Positions 1 through 9,460 are shown, counted from the first letter of the stretch. The stretch is 64,000 nucleotides of DNA from an uncultured bacterium (GCA_963702025.1 OY969699.1:1216001-1280000); one strand, 5' to 3'. The notes: a model not told the origin generated them from the sequence alone. Numbers and translations: made by a program.

Positions 1-120
1 ACTAAAAAAATAAGGATCTTTTGTGGACCAAATACACCGTGCGAGCAGAACAACAAAATTACTCTATTTAGAAAATTTCAGTCCAATGCCGGCAACTTAA
101 ACATTAGAAAATTCATTTTT

Positions 121-428
121 AATCGCCTTCCAGGCGGTGGCCAAAGGGTGTTAAATCTGAACACCCTTTGGAATCCCCAGACCAAGGCTGCGCCTTTGGA
201 TCCCTCATTTCGTGCCAATTCGCGACCTCGCGCTTCGCGCTCCAATCGCTCAGTGGCACTTGTCTGAATTTACTTATTAAACTAAAAATCAGCAGAAAAA
301 TCCGTTCATGGTGAGTGCCGCCTGCAGCGCAGCGTATCGAACCATAAAAAAGTTTCTAAGTTAGAAACAAAATGTTCGTAAGCAAAAATAACTGAGCCCG
401 CTCGGGCGCTTTCGCGACCGGCTTGCCT
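121..428 (-). repeat. Copy A of a ~300-bp structured repeat (inverted relative to copy B at ~8590-8925)
   Basis: 121-285 matches the reverse complement of 8761-8925 with 3 mismatches in 165 nt; looser similarity continues to ~428; multiple internal hairpins. Confidence 0.9.
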
Positions 429-502
429 TTAGTCCCGAGCGAAGTCGAGGGGCCCGTTGCGGGCTCTACGTACATTTAATGTATGAAACGTTGAGATCTG
501 AT

Positions 503-716
503 TGCGATATATGTATGAACCGACGCAGCTCCCGAAGGGAGATGAGTTGGTGAGTTTATCGCATGGGGATTCTAAAGGGCTCCCCCTTTAGTGTGTGGTG
601 GCCTGGAGGGGTTCACAAGAATCCCTCCAGTTTAAAATAATTTTGCGAAAACATTCCCGCGTTTTATATCTTTGGTGACAGGGAGCGTGGGGGTATTTTC
701 AAGAATACCACCACGT
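503..716. repeat. Hairpin-rich non-coding tract including a diverged GGGGATT-CYAAAGGG...CCCTTTRG...GCCTGGAGGG module (565-630)
   Basis: Hairpins GCGATA/TATCGC, CTCCC-GAA-GGGAG, CTAAAGGG/CCCTTTAG, CTGGAGGG/CCCTCCAG, CGTGG-GGTATT/AATACC-CCACG. Confidence 0.6.
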
Positions 717-815
717 TTATCGCACGCACGTGAGCAATCTCCGTGACATCAAACATATGACAATCAGAAAACTAAAGCAAAATGGACCGAATGTTCGCGT
801 GGCTTACGCGGTTGA

Positions 816-1700
816 TTAAGAATCAAAGCTATTAGTATTTTGTACGTTCGTTGTAAATTGCCCTTTCAATTGAGAAGCATCTTCATTCGAATTACTTTCT
901 TCAAAGTAATCAGGCAACTCTGAATTTTCAGGACTTATTGAGTTTGTTATTTCTTCTTTTTCGCTACAATGCGGTATCACTTGAGCTACTTGTACAGCTT
1001 TCTCATTGTCATTTGGTTGCGGTGATTTTTTCTCAATAAAAATACTACAGTATTTTTTTAAATCTTTATGCTGCTCAATAAACTGAGCTATAACACCAGC
1101 ATCATTATAGACAATAATATTTTCGCAATTATATTTGCTCGCTTGATTGGTCATATTATATGAACCGTTAATTAACAATTTCCCTTTGCCGATTTCTTTA
1201 TCAAAAAATATCATAAATTTATGATGCATTTTTTGCATAGCATTCGATGGTTCACGTCTTTTATTTTGAATTAAGACCTGGATTCCCGCTTGAGAAAGTT
1301 TGTTTAAGGTATTTGCATCTTGTTGTCCCGCTTCCCTATCAACAATCAGTAAATCATCTTTAGGCGATGTTTTATAGATATCTGCTTTCATAATGGCATT
1401 AATATCATTGCGAGCGCGCGCTTTTTCAAATTCTTGAATATATTTTCTTCCCGCCCACCATGATGTTAAATTATCAGCATTAATACGATAATAAGCAGCC
1501 CAAATTGGCCCTTCTTCAGTCACCATCAAATTTTTGATCGCATCTTCAATGTGGGGAGTAAAATAAGCCTTTGGGTAGACAATTAACTCTTTTTTTTCTT
1601 GCTTTTCTTCGATCTTCTGTTTCTTTTGTGCGCTTTGCTCCATAGCAAAAACAGAAGCACACTGTGCCGCCAAAAGAGTTATGAAAAGTAATTTTTTCAT
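816..1700 (-). CDS. Secreted phospholipase D superfamily protein (single HKD, Nuc/Zucchini-like)
   Basis: MHHKFMIFFD...LINGSYNMT...NCEN motif; N-terminal signal peptide ending SVFA-ME. Confidence 0.8.
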   Translation of the reverse strand: MKKLLFITLLAAQCASVFAMEQSAQKKQKIEEKQEKKELIVYPKAYFTPHIEDAIKNLMVTEEGPIWAAYYRINADNLTSWWAGRKYIQEFEKARARNDINAIMKADIYKTSPKDDLLIVDREAGQQDANTLNKLSQAGIQVLIQNKRREPSNAMQKMHHKFMIFFDKEIGKGKLLINGSYNMTNQASKYNCENIIVYNDAGVIAQFIEQHKDLKKYCSIFIEKKSPQPNDNEKAVQVAQVIPHCSEKEEITNSISPENSELPDYFEESNSNEDASQLKGQFTTNVQNTNSFDS

Positions 1701-1717
1701 GATATTTTCTCCATTTT

Positions 1718-3250
1718 TTAGTCGTTATTAAAATTCTTTGCAGAGCTTTTTAACTTTACTACTTTGTCATTCTGAGAAACTTTTTTTCTCAGCTCTTCTT
1801 TGCGTTCTTTTGCCTTGTTTTTAGCGATTTCATGTTTTCTATATTTTCCCGCAATTATTTCTTTTTGCTCTTTTGATAGATTCATATATTCTTTTGCTTT
1901 TCTTCGCTCTTCTTTGGTCGCATTGCCCACAATGTCTTTTATTTTATTAAATTCGTCAGCTCTCATTCGCTTTCTTGCTCTCGAGTTTGATTTTTTTTCA
2001 AGCAACAGCATGTAATACTTCATTATGCATGCAACGTTATCCAAACTTACGTTCGACTCATTTGTATTTTCTTTTATTTCTGACAATTCAATTTTGCCAG
2101 ATGACTTCTGTTCTTTTTTCATTTTAGACTTAGATTCAGTTAAATCAGAACCATGCAAAGGATTAAAAAATCTGTGATAGCAACAACTATCAGCAAAGAA
2201 GATCTCAAAGGTTCCGTAAATTATTTTACCTTTTATTACCATAGATCCTGGCAATAATACTTTTGTTTCATTTTTATTTGTTTCGAAGAACCCGTATTTT
2301 TTTGCATAGTCATCAATTCTTAATGGGAATGCATGAAAAGGTATCGCATATTTTGCTGTAGTAAATCTATGATTATTCGGGTCGCGATAGCCGCCCTCTT
2401 GCAAATTTATCTCAGGATTTTTATACCACTTACTGATAGTCTGCGTAGTCGATTCATACCAAAATGCAGGCATTGACTCGTCCTTAACTTGGTAAAGATA
2501 TATCGATGTATTATTTCTTTTATCGACAACTTCAAAAACTCTTTTAATATTAGTAAGCTCTTTTTTCAGTTGATCGCCGAGAGCGTAGGGATGCAATACA
2601 TCATTAACAAATAAATCTTTTTCATATTCTGTAAATTCATACTTTTGAGCTATTTGTTCTTTTTTAATAGTGAGATGCTCCGTATTTAGATTTAAACTCT
2701 CAATTCCTATTATAAAGTTTTGTATGGATAAACGAACTAGCCTGATAGTTTCCTTCACATTATTTGCAAGATTTTCATTTATATGGACAGATGGTTTCAA
2801 TAATTCCACTAGCCGTGCATGTTCCTTTAGATATTTAATGAACACGGTATCAATGTACTGTGTCGATTTATCTAAATCAGTAATGGTATTTTTCTCAACG
2901 TTGCATATCTTTTCGATAATGTTATCTATTAAGCCAAGTCGAAAACTTTCTTGCGATAGCTGTGCCTGAAAAAGAGCTAAATTACAAAGAATTTGATTTT
3001 TATCTTCACACGATGCAAAATTCTCTTTTGCTATTTTTGTTTCAATTTTTTGTACTTTTTTATTAAGAGCCTGAACTTCATCGAGAGCCTTAAGATGGAT
3101 GATGGCTATTTCAGAGAAGATTTGACGCAACTCTGCTTTGGTGGTCTTTCGTTCTGATATTTCTAATGCGTTGTTCGGGTTAGGTATTTCCATTGCTTGA
3201 GCCATGAAGGGAAGCATACCTGCTACAATAAGAATTCTATAATTAAACAT
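1718..3250 (-). CDS. Secreted protein with HxF...GxFE...YHRxF toxin-like domain and Lys-rich tail
   Basis: Signal peptide AQA-ME; FHAFP...LLPGSMVIKGKIIYGTFEIFFADSCCYHRFFNP; start chosen at the Met after the GGAG RBS. Confidence 0.65.
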   Translation of the reverse strand: MFNYRILIVAGMLPFMAQAMEIPNPNNALEISERKTTKAELRQIFSEIAIIHLKALDEVQALNKKVQKIETKIAKENFASCEDKNQILCNLALFQAQLSQESFRLGLIDNIIEKICNVEKNTITDLDKSTQYIDTVFIKYLKEHARLVELLKPSVHINENLANNVKETIRLVRLSIQNFIIGIESLNLNTEHLTIKKEQIAQKYEFTEYEKDLFVNDVLHPYALGDQLKKELTNIKRVFEVVDKRNNTSIYLYQVKDESMPAFWYESTTQTISKWYKNPEINLQEGGYRDPNNHRFTTAKYAIPFHAFPLRIDDYAKKYGFFETNKNETKVLLPGSMVIKGKIIYGTFEIFFADSCCYHRFFNPLHGSDLTESKSKMKKEQKSSGKIELSEIKENTNESNVSLDNVACIMKYYMLLLEKKSNSRARKRMRADEFNKIKDIVGNATKEERRKAKEYMNLSKEQKEIIAGKYRKHEIAKNKAKERKEELRKKVSQNDKVVKLKSSAKNFNND

Positions 3251-3296
3251 GTTTTTCTCCACTTTTGATCTAATATTTTGACCTATACTTATAAGC

Positions 3297-3390
3297 TTAG
3301 CCCAAATACACTTATTGTCAAATAGAAATTAATAATGTACTTCTACCCTGTTTTGCCTCTTTAGCCCCCCAAATTAGCCCATTTTAGCCC
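3297..3390. promoter_or_regulatory. Four TTAGCCC direct repeats in a divergent intergenic region
   Basis: TTAGCCC at 3297, 3361, 3374, 3384, upstream of a TTGCAA...TATGCT promoter-like pair. Confidence 0.4.
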
Positions 3391-3454
3391 ATTTAAATAA
3401 TTTCTACTTGCAATTAGTAACGCCTATGCTATGCTATGGTTTATGGAGGATTTT

Positions 3455-5287
3455 ATGAAATTATTCAAATTACTATCAATTTTTACGTTTATTACTGTTA
3501 TTTCTCATAACGCCCAAGGAATGGAGGCCCAAAAGCCTACAGCGTCAGGGTATACGTCACAATTTATCCCGCCTAACCAATCAGCTAAGGATGTGCTTCG
3601 TAATGGGCAAATTTTAGGCACAAATGAAGAGCCCCAACAAATGATCGAACGCGTAGTGAATGCTATTGCTTCAATAGATAAAGATCTGAACCTTAAAAAT
3701 ATGCTTTCAACTACTGAATTTGCTCAGCAATTGGGCATACTTATGGATGAGCATGCGATAGTATTAAGCACCCCAATTTTAACCAATGCGGGCAACTCTG
3801 AAAATAGACCCCTTTCTGCCTGCGTGATGCCCCCTGTCAATTTAAGAGACGATTTAAAGAAAATTAAACCAATAGTAGATAAGTACCATCAAGATGGTAT
3901 GGGTACCGGGTATAATTTATCAGATGCTCTTGATCCGATTGAAACCCTTACATCCCTTAATAAGGTTGCAGTAGAAGGCGCGCAAAGTAAAAAAGAAAAG
4001 CGTCCAGTTGGCAATATGGCAATTCTGGATGTTGATTCTCCTGATATTGAAAAATTTGTCATGGCAAAAGTAGGAGCAGATGATCGGGGGGAGGACTGGA
4101 AATTTAACATTTCAGTAAATATTAATGATGCATTTATGGATGCAGTTGAAAACAATCGCGAATTTACGCTCAAAAATAGTACCAAGATTTCAGCCAAAGA
4201 ACTGTTTAAAAAAATGGCATATGCGGCACACCAATGCGGTGACCCTGGCCTTATTTCCCTTGAACGATTAAATGCCGATAATCCAACACCAAGTGTCGGC
4301 GAATACAAATGTACCGCTCCCTGCGCGGAAGTTGGATTGGCACCCGGCGAAACATGTGTGTTTGGTTATATTAACTTAGCTAAATTAGTAACCAATGATG
4401 CGCAACCTTCAGTGAATTTTGATCGATTAAAAACTGTTGTCACCTTGCTCACGCGCGCACTCGACGATATTCTGGAAATAAGCATTCAACGATATTCTAT
4501 CGAAGAAAGCAAAACAGTAATGCAAGCCAAAAGAAAAATTGGTCTCGGAATTTGTGGATTTGCTGACATGCTTATGGCGCTCAACATTCCTTATGATTCA
4601 GACCAAGCGCGCAATCTTTTACAAGATATTCTTAATTTTATAAGTTATCATTCAAAAGAAGCTTCTTTTGAATTAGCCAAAACTCGCGGATCCTTTACCG
4701 CAATCGGCGATAGTAAATTTATGGATGAATCATTTATAATGAACAAATATGGCAGCCTTAAAACGCCCCATGTTTCACGCGAACAATGGCAATCATTGGC
4801 CAAAAAAATCAAGGAAACCAAATTGCTCCGCAATGCAACAACAAGTGCTTTACCGCCCACTGGCAGAAGTGCGATGGTTATTGGCGCTTCAACAGGAATT
4901 GAGCCGGTATTTAGCCTTAATTCTTCAGATGGCATACATCCATTGTTGTACACATTCTTAAAAAAGTATTCTCTGCATGAAAATACCGCGATCGTTGATG
5001 AAATTAACAAAACCGGTTACGCACCACAAACAATTAAAGCAATGAATCCTTCTTTTGTAACGGCTACTGAAATAGCGCCAAAAGATCATCTTGCTATGGT
5101 TATTGCTGCGCAGAAAGCTATCGATGAATCAATATCAAAAACAATCAACTTACCGGAACAAACAACGCCGGAGCAAATCGAAGAGATTTACAAGAATGCC
5201 TATGCACAAGGATTAAAAGGAATGTCCGTGTTTAGAAATAATTCACGTTCCTTTCAACCTAAGAAATTGACGGATGAAAAAAAATAA
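3455..5287 (+). CDS. Class II (NrdJ-like) ribonucleotide reductase homolog, non-canonical, with signal peptide
   Basis: STPILTNAG, LSAC, NMAIL, FNISV, GDPGL, TAPCAE, ETCVFGYINL, RKIGLGICG, PPTG, GIEP, DESISKTINLP, GLKG-FR motifs; no YY dyad; GGAGG RBS before ATG 3455. Confidence 0.85.
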   Translation: MKLFKLLSIFTFITVISHNAQGMEAQKPTASGYTSQFIPPNQSAKDVLRNGQILGTNEEPQQMIERVVNAIASIDKDLNLKNMLSTTEFAQQLGILMDEHAIVLSTPILTNAGNSENRPLSACVMPPVNLRDDLKKIKPIVDKYHQDGMGTGYNLSDALDPIETLTSLNKVAVEGAQSKKEKRPVGNMAILDVDSPDIEKFVMAKVGADDRGEDWKFNISVNINDAFMDAVENNREFTLKNSTKISAKELFKKMAYAAHQCGDPGLISLERLNADNPTPSVGEYKCTAPCAEVGLAPGETCVFGYINLAKLVTNDAQPSVNFDRLKTVVTLLTRALDDILEISIQRYSIEESKTVMQAKRKIGLGICGFADMLMALNIPYDSDQARNLLQDILNFISYHSKEASFELAKTRGSFTAIGDSKFMDESFIMNKYGSLKTPHVSREQWQSLAKKIKETKLLRNATTSALPPTGRSAMVIGASTGIEPVFSLNSSDGIHPLLYTFLKKYSLHENTAIVDEINKTGYAPQTIKAMNPSFVTATEIAPKDHLAMVIAAQKAIDESISKTINLPEQTTPEQIEEIYKNAYAQGLKGMSVFRNNSRSFQPKKLTDEKK

Positions 5288-5310
5288 TAACCAAACTCTA
5301 AAGATCGAAT

Positions 5311-5775
5311 ATGATGAACACCGATATTTTTGCAGCACAGCTTATTAAAACCGCGCTGGAGGATGGCATACAAAAGCTCTCCGTTGGCGCGGCTTTTCTT
5401 CATGAAGGCAAATTGCTCATTCTTAAGCGGTCCGCTCATGATTTTATGCCAAACATATATGAACTCCCGGGAGGCGCGCTAGAGAAAGATGAATCTTTGC
5501 TCCAAGCCCTGGAACGAGAATTGCTCGAAGAAACAAATTGCTCCATCGATAAAGTTATCGGCTATATTGGCCATATAGATTTTCTCTCATCATCGGGATT
5601 GCGCACCCGACGATTTAATTTCTTAATTCAACCGAAATTACCACTATCAGTTCAATTAACCGAACATGACGATTATCAATGGATTATCCCCTCAGCTGCA
5701 GTCAACTACCAGATTACGTCAAAAACACGCACAATGATTGCTCACGTGCAGAAGAATGATATTCATCGATTTTGA
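5311..5775 (+). CDS. NUDIX hydrolase
   Basis: Nudix box PGGALEKDESLLQALERELLEETN; 23 bp downstream of the RNR homolog. Confidence 0.9.
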   Translation: MMNTDIFAAQLIKTALEDGIQKLSVGAAFLHEGKLLILKRSAHDFMPNIYELPGGALEKDESLLQALERELLEETNCSIDKVIGYIGHIDFLSSSGLRTRRFNFLIQPKLPLSVQLTEHDDYQWIIPSAAVNYQITSKTRTMIAHVQKNDIHRF

Positions 5776-5852
5776 CCTATTCTCTAGTTAATTAATGCAA
5801 TTTGCAATTTATTAATTTTCTGCTATCTTGGGTTTATATGGAGGAATTTACG

Positions 5853-7442
5853 ATGAAAAACAGATATTTTTTATACCTGAGCCTTTTGCTTTGCATTTCA
5901 CTCATAGATGCGATGGAGCTTCCTGAAAAAGTTACCCAAGAACAGGTTCAATCATCAGAAAAAATAAGCGTAATAAATCCTGTTGTCATAGAGCCGGAAT
6001 TTGGTAAAAACTATGATTACTCCTCAATACTCAACCCTGACTGTGATCTCCCTGAAGCTGAATATAAGCGACGCCTAAAAATCTTCAAAAATTATTTATT
6101 TGACTACCTTGAAGGAATGGAACGAACTGACATGCATTCAGGGTCGGCTCTTGATTTTATACAAACCTATCTGTACTTGATCTCCATAATCAAAGAAAGC
6201 GCCGAATCCCTCCCACTCTATAATAAGCAACCGATAGTAGACTTTATTCCCGAAAAAGCACTTTCTCGCAACTATAAAAAAATCAAAATTCCTGCTGGGT
6301 ATATTACAATAGGAACGTCAGTAAAAAAACAAGGAAATGAGGTTTCCATTAGTCCTCAAACTCCGGTATATGTTATTACCGATCCTGATGCAGAAAGTAT
6401 GTGTCTTTTATTTAGCGAACTGAACGCAAAAAAATTAAACCCGCTCCAAAAAACATCATTAATAGTCGGACTTTGGCAACAACAAGGGTTAAGTGAGCAG
6501 GCAACCCGCGTTATGCACTGTTATGTGTATGGCATTGCCAAACGTTTGTTAAATGATCTGGTTAACACCGCACAAGAAAAGAAAAAAATTGCGCTCGAAA
6601 GTCCGGAAAACAAAACGGTGAGATACTGCATTTTTAATTGTCCCCACCTTTTAAAGCTAACCGCATTACAAGAACGTTTGTTACGATCCCCGCAAGATTT
6701 TCTTGGCACCCTGCCCGATGATACGGTAGGTTTTATTGCAACCGTGTTACCAACATTCATTGATTTGCACAACTATGCGGCAAAATTACCGGATCTGTGC
6801 AAAGAATATGCCACAATATATGATCGCATCAAGCAAGAACTCAAAGCATTTAAAAAGAAAAATAAAGAAAAAACAGAAAAAGTTAAACCGGCAGAAATAC
6901 CGGCAATTAAGCCTGTGCCGGCAGCAATGGTAGAAAAGCCATTGCCCGCAAAAATTACCTATTCCAAACGAGTAACCCAATGGTTTAAAGATGGCTTTAT
7001 AAAAAAGAAAAAAAATCGAGAAATTAATTATCATACCTTATTACCAATGATCGCTGATCGTATTCTGATTCAGCATGGTCAAATCTCTGACTATCTCAAT
7101 AAAAGCTACAAAGGCGAAATTGATACGCTGTATCGTATTGCTGGCAAAATTGAATATGAGGATAAAGCAAAAGATGAAACCTATTGCGTATTTAATATCT
7201 GCATAGATCAACAAGATATCTGTTATCACCGCGAGTGCAAAAAATGCACTTGGGAAAAATTAGCAGAAACATTAAAAAATGAGATTTTCATTGAAGATGA
7301 TGCAGCGCATGAAGCAGACGATGTGGCCATTGTGGAACAACCGGAACAAAAAGCAGCCATTCTCAAAGAGACAAATGCCTATGCGGTAATTTATAATCCG
7401 ATGCACAAGTGTAAAATTACGTTGTATAAAAAACAGATATAA
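5853..7442 (+). CDS. Secreted protein with C-terminal H...YHR toxin-like domain
   Basis: Signal peptide IDA-ME; YSKRVTQWF...YHTLL..AD...YRIAGKIEY...VFNICIDQQDICYHRE; GGAGG RBS. Confidence 0.6.
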   Translation: MKNRYFLYLSLLLCISLIDAMELPEKVTQEQVQSSEKISVINPVVIEPEFGKNYDYSSILNPDCDLPEAEYKRRLKIFKNYLFDYLEGMERTDMHSGSALDFIQTYLYLISIIKESAESLPLYNKQPIVDFIPEKALSRNYKKIKIPAGYITIGTSVKKQGNEVSISPQTPVYVITDPDAESMCLLFSELNAKKLNPLQKTSLIVGLWQQQGLSEQATRVMHCYVYGIAKRLLNDLVNTAQEKKKIALESPENKTVRYCIFNCPHLLKLTALQERLLRSPQDFLGTLPDDTVGFIATVLPTFIDLHNYAAKLPDLCKEYATIYDRIKQELKAFKKKNKEKTEKVKPAEIPAIKPVPAAMVEKPLPAKITYSKRVTQWFKDGFIKKKKNREINYHTLLPMIADRILIQHGQISDYLNKSYKGEIDTLYRIAGKIEYEDKAKDETYCVFNICIDQQDICYHRECKKCTWEKLAETLKNEIFIEDDAAHEADDVAIVEQPEQKAAILKETNAYAVIYNPMHKCKITLYKKQI

Positions 7443-7460
7443 TCGAACTCAACCACACTC

Positions 7461-8285
7461 TCACTTCTGATCCACGGGGCAATAATAGGCGGATCTACCG
7501 GCGATCGTAACTTTTTTTAGCTTATGTTTGGCATTTTTTGGGCAAAGCATGTCGGTGTGCCGATGCGCCTGCAAGTAGGAAGATTTAAATTCAGAGGCTT
7601 CCTGCGGCGACCAATGTTGTGATGTGCCAATATCTTTATTTTTAATCCGCACTTTAATTGCGTAGCTTAACACCGCGCGCATCTGCCGATACATCTTTTG
7701 AATCACTTGGGGCGATAAATCTTTAACACTGTGGTGCGGATCAATGTCTGCTTGAAACAATATTTCATCCGAATATTCGTTACCGATTCCGGCAATTACC
7801 GTTTGATCCATTAAAAACGCTTTAACATTTTTCTTCTTATTTTTCTCAACAAGAGCTTCAAATACAGACAAAGAAAGTTGTAACGGATCAGGGCCCATTT
7901 CTTTGAGAGCCTTAATATCATCAAGTGAATCTACCAGCCAAATTCTGCCAAACTTTCTAACCGAACAATAATGGAGATCCTCTTTTGCAAATGAAAAATC
8001 GACGCAGGAAAAACGTACCGTTTCACCTGGCTTGCCCAGCACTAAAAATCCGGTGAGGCCAAAATGCATAACCAATTTTTCTTTGGATGAGGTGGTCACA
8101 ATAAGATATTTACCCATGCGCGCGGCTGCAGTAAATGAAACACCCGTGAGACTTTTTTTAAATTGCGCAGAACTTATTTTTTCCAGCAAACGGCCGCATG
8201 AAACCGTTACATCGGTTACCTTTTTATTAAGGCAATGGGTGGCAACATAGTGGGTAAATGCTTCGACTTCCGGTAGTTCTGGCAT
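7461..8285 (-). CDS. Fpg/Nei family DNA glycosylase (MutM-like)
   Basis: N-terminal PELPEVE, GKYL, MHFGLTG, H2TH motif LMDQ..IAGIGNEYSDEIL, C-terminal GRSAYYCP. Confidence 0.9.
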   Translation of the reverse strand: MPELPEVEAFTHYVATHCLNKKVTDVTVSCGRLLEKISSAQFKKSLTGVSFTAAARMGKYLIVTTSSKEKLVMHFGLTGFLVLGKPGETVRFSCVDFSFAKEDLHYCSVRKFGRIWLVDSLDDIKALKEMGPDPLQLSLSVFEALVEKNKKKNVKAFLMDQTVIAGIGNEYSDEILFQADIDPHHSVKDLSPQVIQKMYRQMRAVLSYAIKVRIKNKDIGTSQHWSPQEASEFKSSYLQAHRHTDMLCPKNAKHKLKKVTIAGRSAYYCPVDQK

Positions 8286-8441
8286 ATTCATCCTTTATTT
8301 ACATTTCTTGCAGCGGTGTGCATTTGAAAAATTAACACGCATCTATACCCTAATAAGCATGATTGATTAATGTCAATAAGTTACATATGGGGCAATGTAA
8401 AATTTCTTGAGTAGTCATTTATTACACATGGTGAGTGAGAG

Positions 8442-8636
8442 CCCTTCGATAAACTCGGGAGTAAATACAAGCATCAGCCACACTCCGTTCGTGCTGACCC
8501 TTCGGCAAACTCAGGAGTAAACGCCCAGCCTGCCCGCCGAAGCTTTAGCGAAGGCTGGGTCGAAGCATTTTTTATCAGAATTATATTTTATTTGGCCTAG
8601 CCGGTCGGCGGAGTTTATCCTGAGCTTGTCGAAGGG
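8442..8636. repeat. Cluster of REP-like palindromes
   Basis: CCCTTCGATAAACTCGGGAGTAAA (8442), CCCTTCGGCAAACTCAGGAGTAAA (8498), CCTGCCCGCCGAAGCTTTAGCGAAGGCTGGG (~8529), inverted TCCTGAGCTTGTCGAAGGG (~8618). Confidence 0.8.
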
Positions 8637-8962
8637 CGCCCGAGCGGGCTCCTGTTATTTTTTCTCTTTAACTTAATTGTGCTAACTCAGAAAGTTTTTT
8701 CATGTTCAATAAACTATGCTGCGCGCACCGCTCAGTATGAACGGATTTTTCTGCTAGTTCTTAGTTTAATAAGTAAATTCAGACAAGTGCCACTGAGCGA
8801 TTGGAGCGCGAAGCGCGAGGTCGCGAATTGGCACGAAATGAGGGATCCAAAGGCGCAGCCTTGGTCTGGGGATTCCAAAGGGTATTCAGATTTAATACCC
8901 TTTGGCCACCGCCTGGAGGGCGATTAATAAATAATATTCCTACCGCTGGCCGCGTAGGCCAA
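8590..8962 (+). repeat. Copy B of the structured repeat, candidate ncRNA or MITE-like element
   Basis: Near-identity to 121-285 in reverse; ends pair (TTTGGCCTAgcCGGTCGGCGG with CCGCTGGCCGcgTAGGCCAAA) using two G-U pairs. Confidence 0.75.
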
Positions 8963-9034
8963 ATTAAAAATAAATTTCTTAATGCTATAATTTGCGAGCA
9001 AGCAAAATTCGAGGAATTAAACCTGCAGAGTTTT

Positions 9035-9460
9035 TTAAACAATCGCTAATACTTTATCCGATTGTATTCTTGAAACACACGTTTCAATAATTTTTTTATG
9101 CGGTTCAAATATAGTTTCAGGTAATTGCGCCATATCAAAAAAACACCATTCTTCACATAAATCCGGTTCCATCGTTGCTATGGTGCCGGTAAATTTATGA
9201 AGCAAAAAAGACATGTGCAGATAATGCCGCTGCTCGGCAATACTATCAATAACGCTCAGCAATGTGAATTCTAACCCCTCGATACCCAATTCTTCTTTTA
9301 ATTCTCGTTTTGCGCACTCTATAAGCGTTTCTCCATATTCTAAGTGCCCACCGGGCAGGGCCCATGTTCCGGCGCCGTAGCAATTCTTTCTTTTGCCCAA
9401 TAATAAAGCGTTATCTTTGACGATAAATATCTCACAGCCTATTTTTATTATGTTGTTCAT
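9035..9460 (-). CDS. NUDIX hydrolase (MutT/NUDT15-like)
   Basis: WALPGGHLEYGETLIECAKRELKEELG; EPDLCEEW motif. Confidence 0.9.
   Translation of the reverse strand: MNNIIKIGCEIFIVKDNALLLGKRKNCYGAGTWALPGGHLEYGETLIECAKRELKEELGIEGLEFTLLSVIDSIAEQRHYLHMSFLLHKFTGTIATMEPDLCEEWCFFDMAQLPETIFEPHKKIIETCVSRIQSDKVLAIV

Noticed and set aside
8442..8636. Possible CRISPR array from spaced ~24-nt repeats
   Set aside because: Only two direct copies plus an inverted one, imperfect, same motif dispersed elsewhere, no cas genes; REP-like instead
8679..9049. Three overlapping 82-87 aa ORFs
   Set aside because: They lie within the GC-rich palindromic repeat, lack RBS and protein motifs; open frames are a by-product of composition
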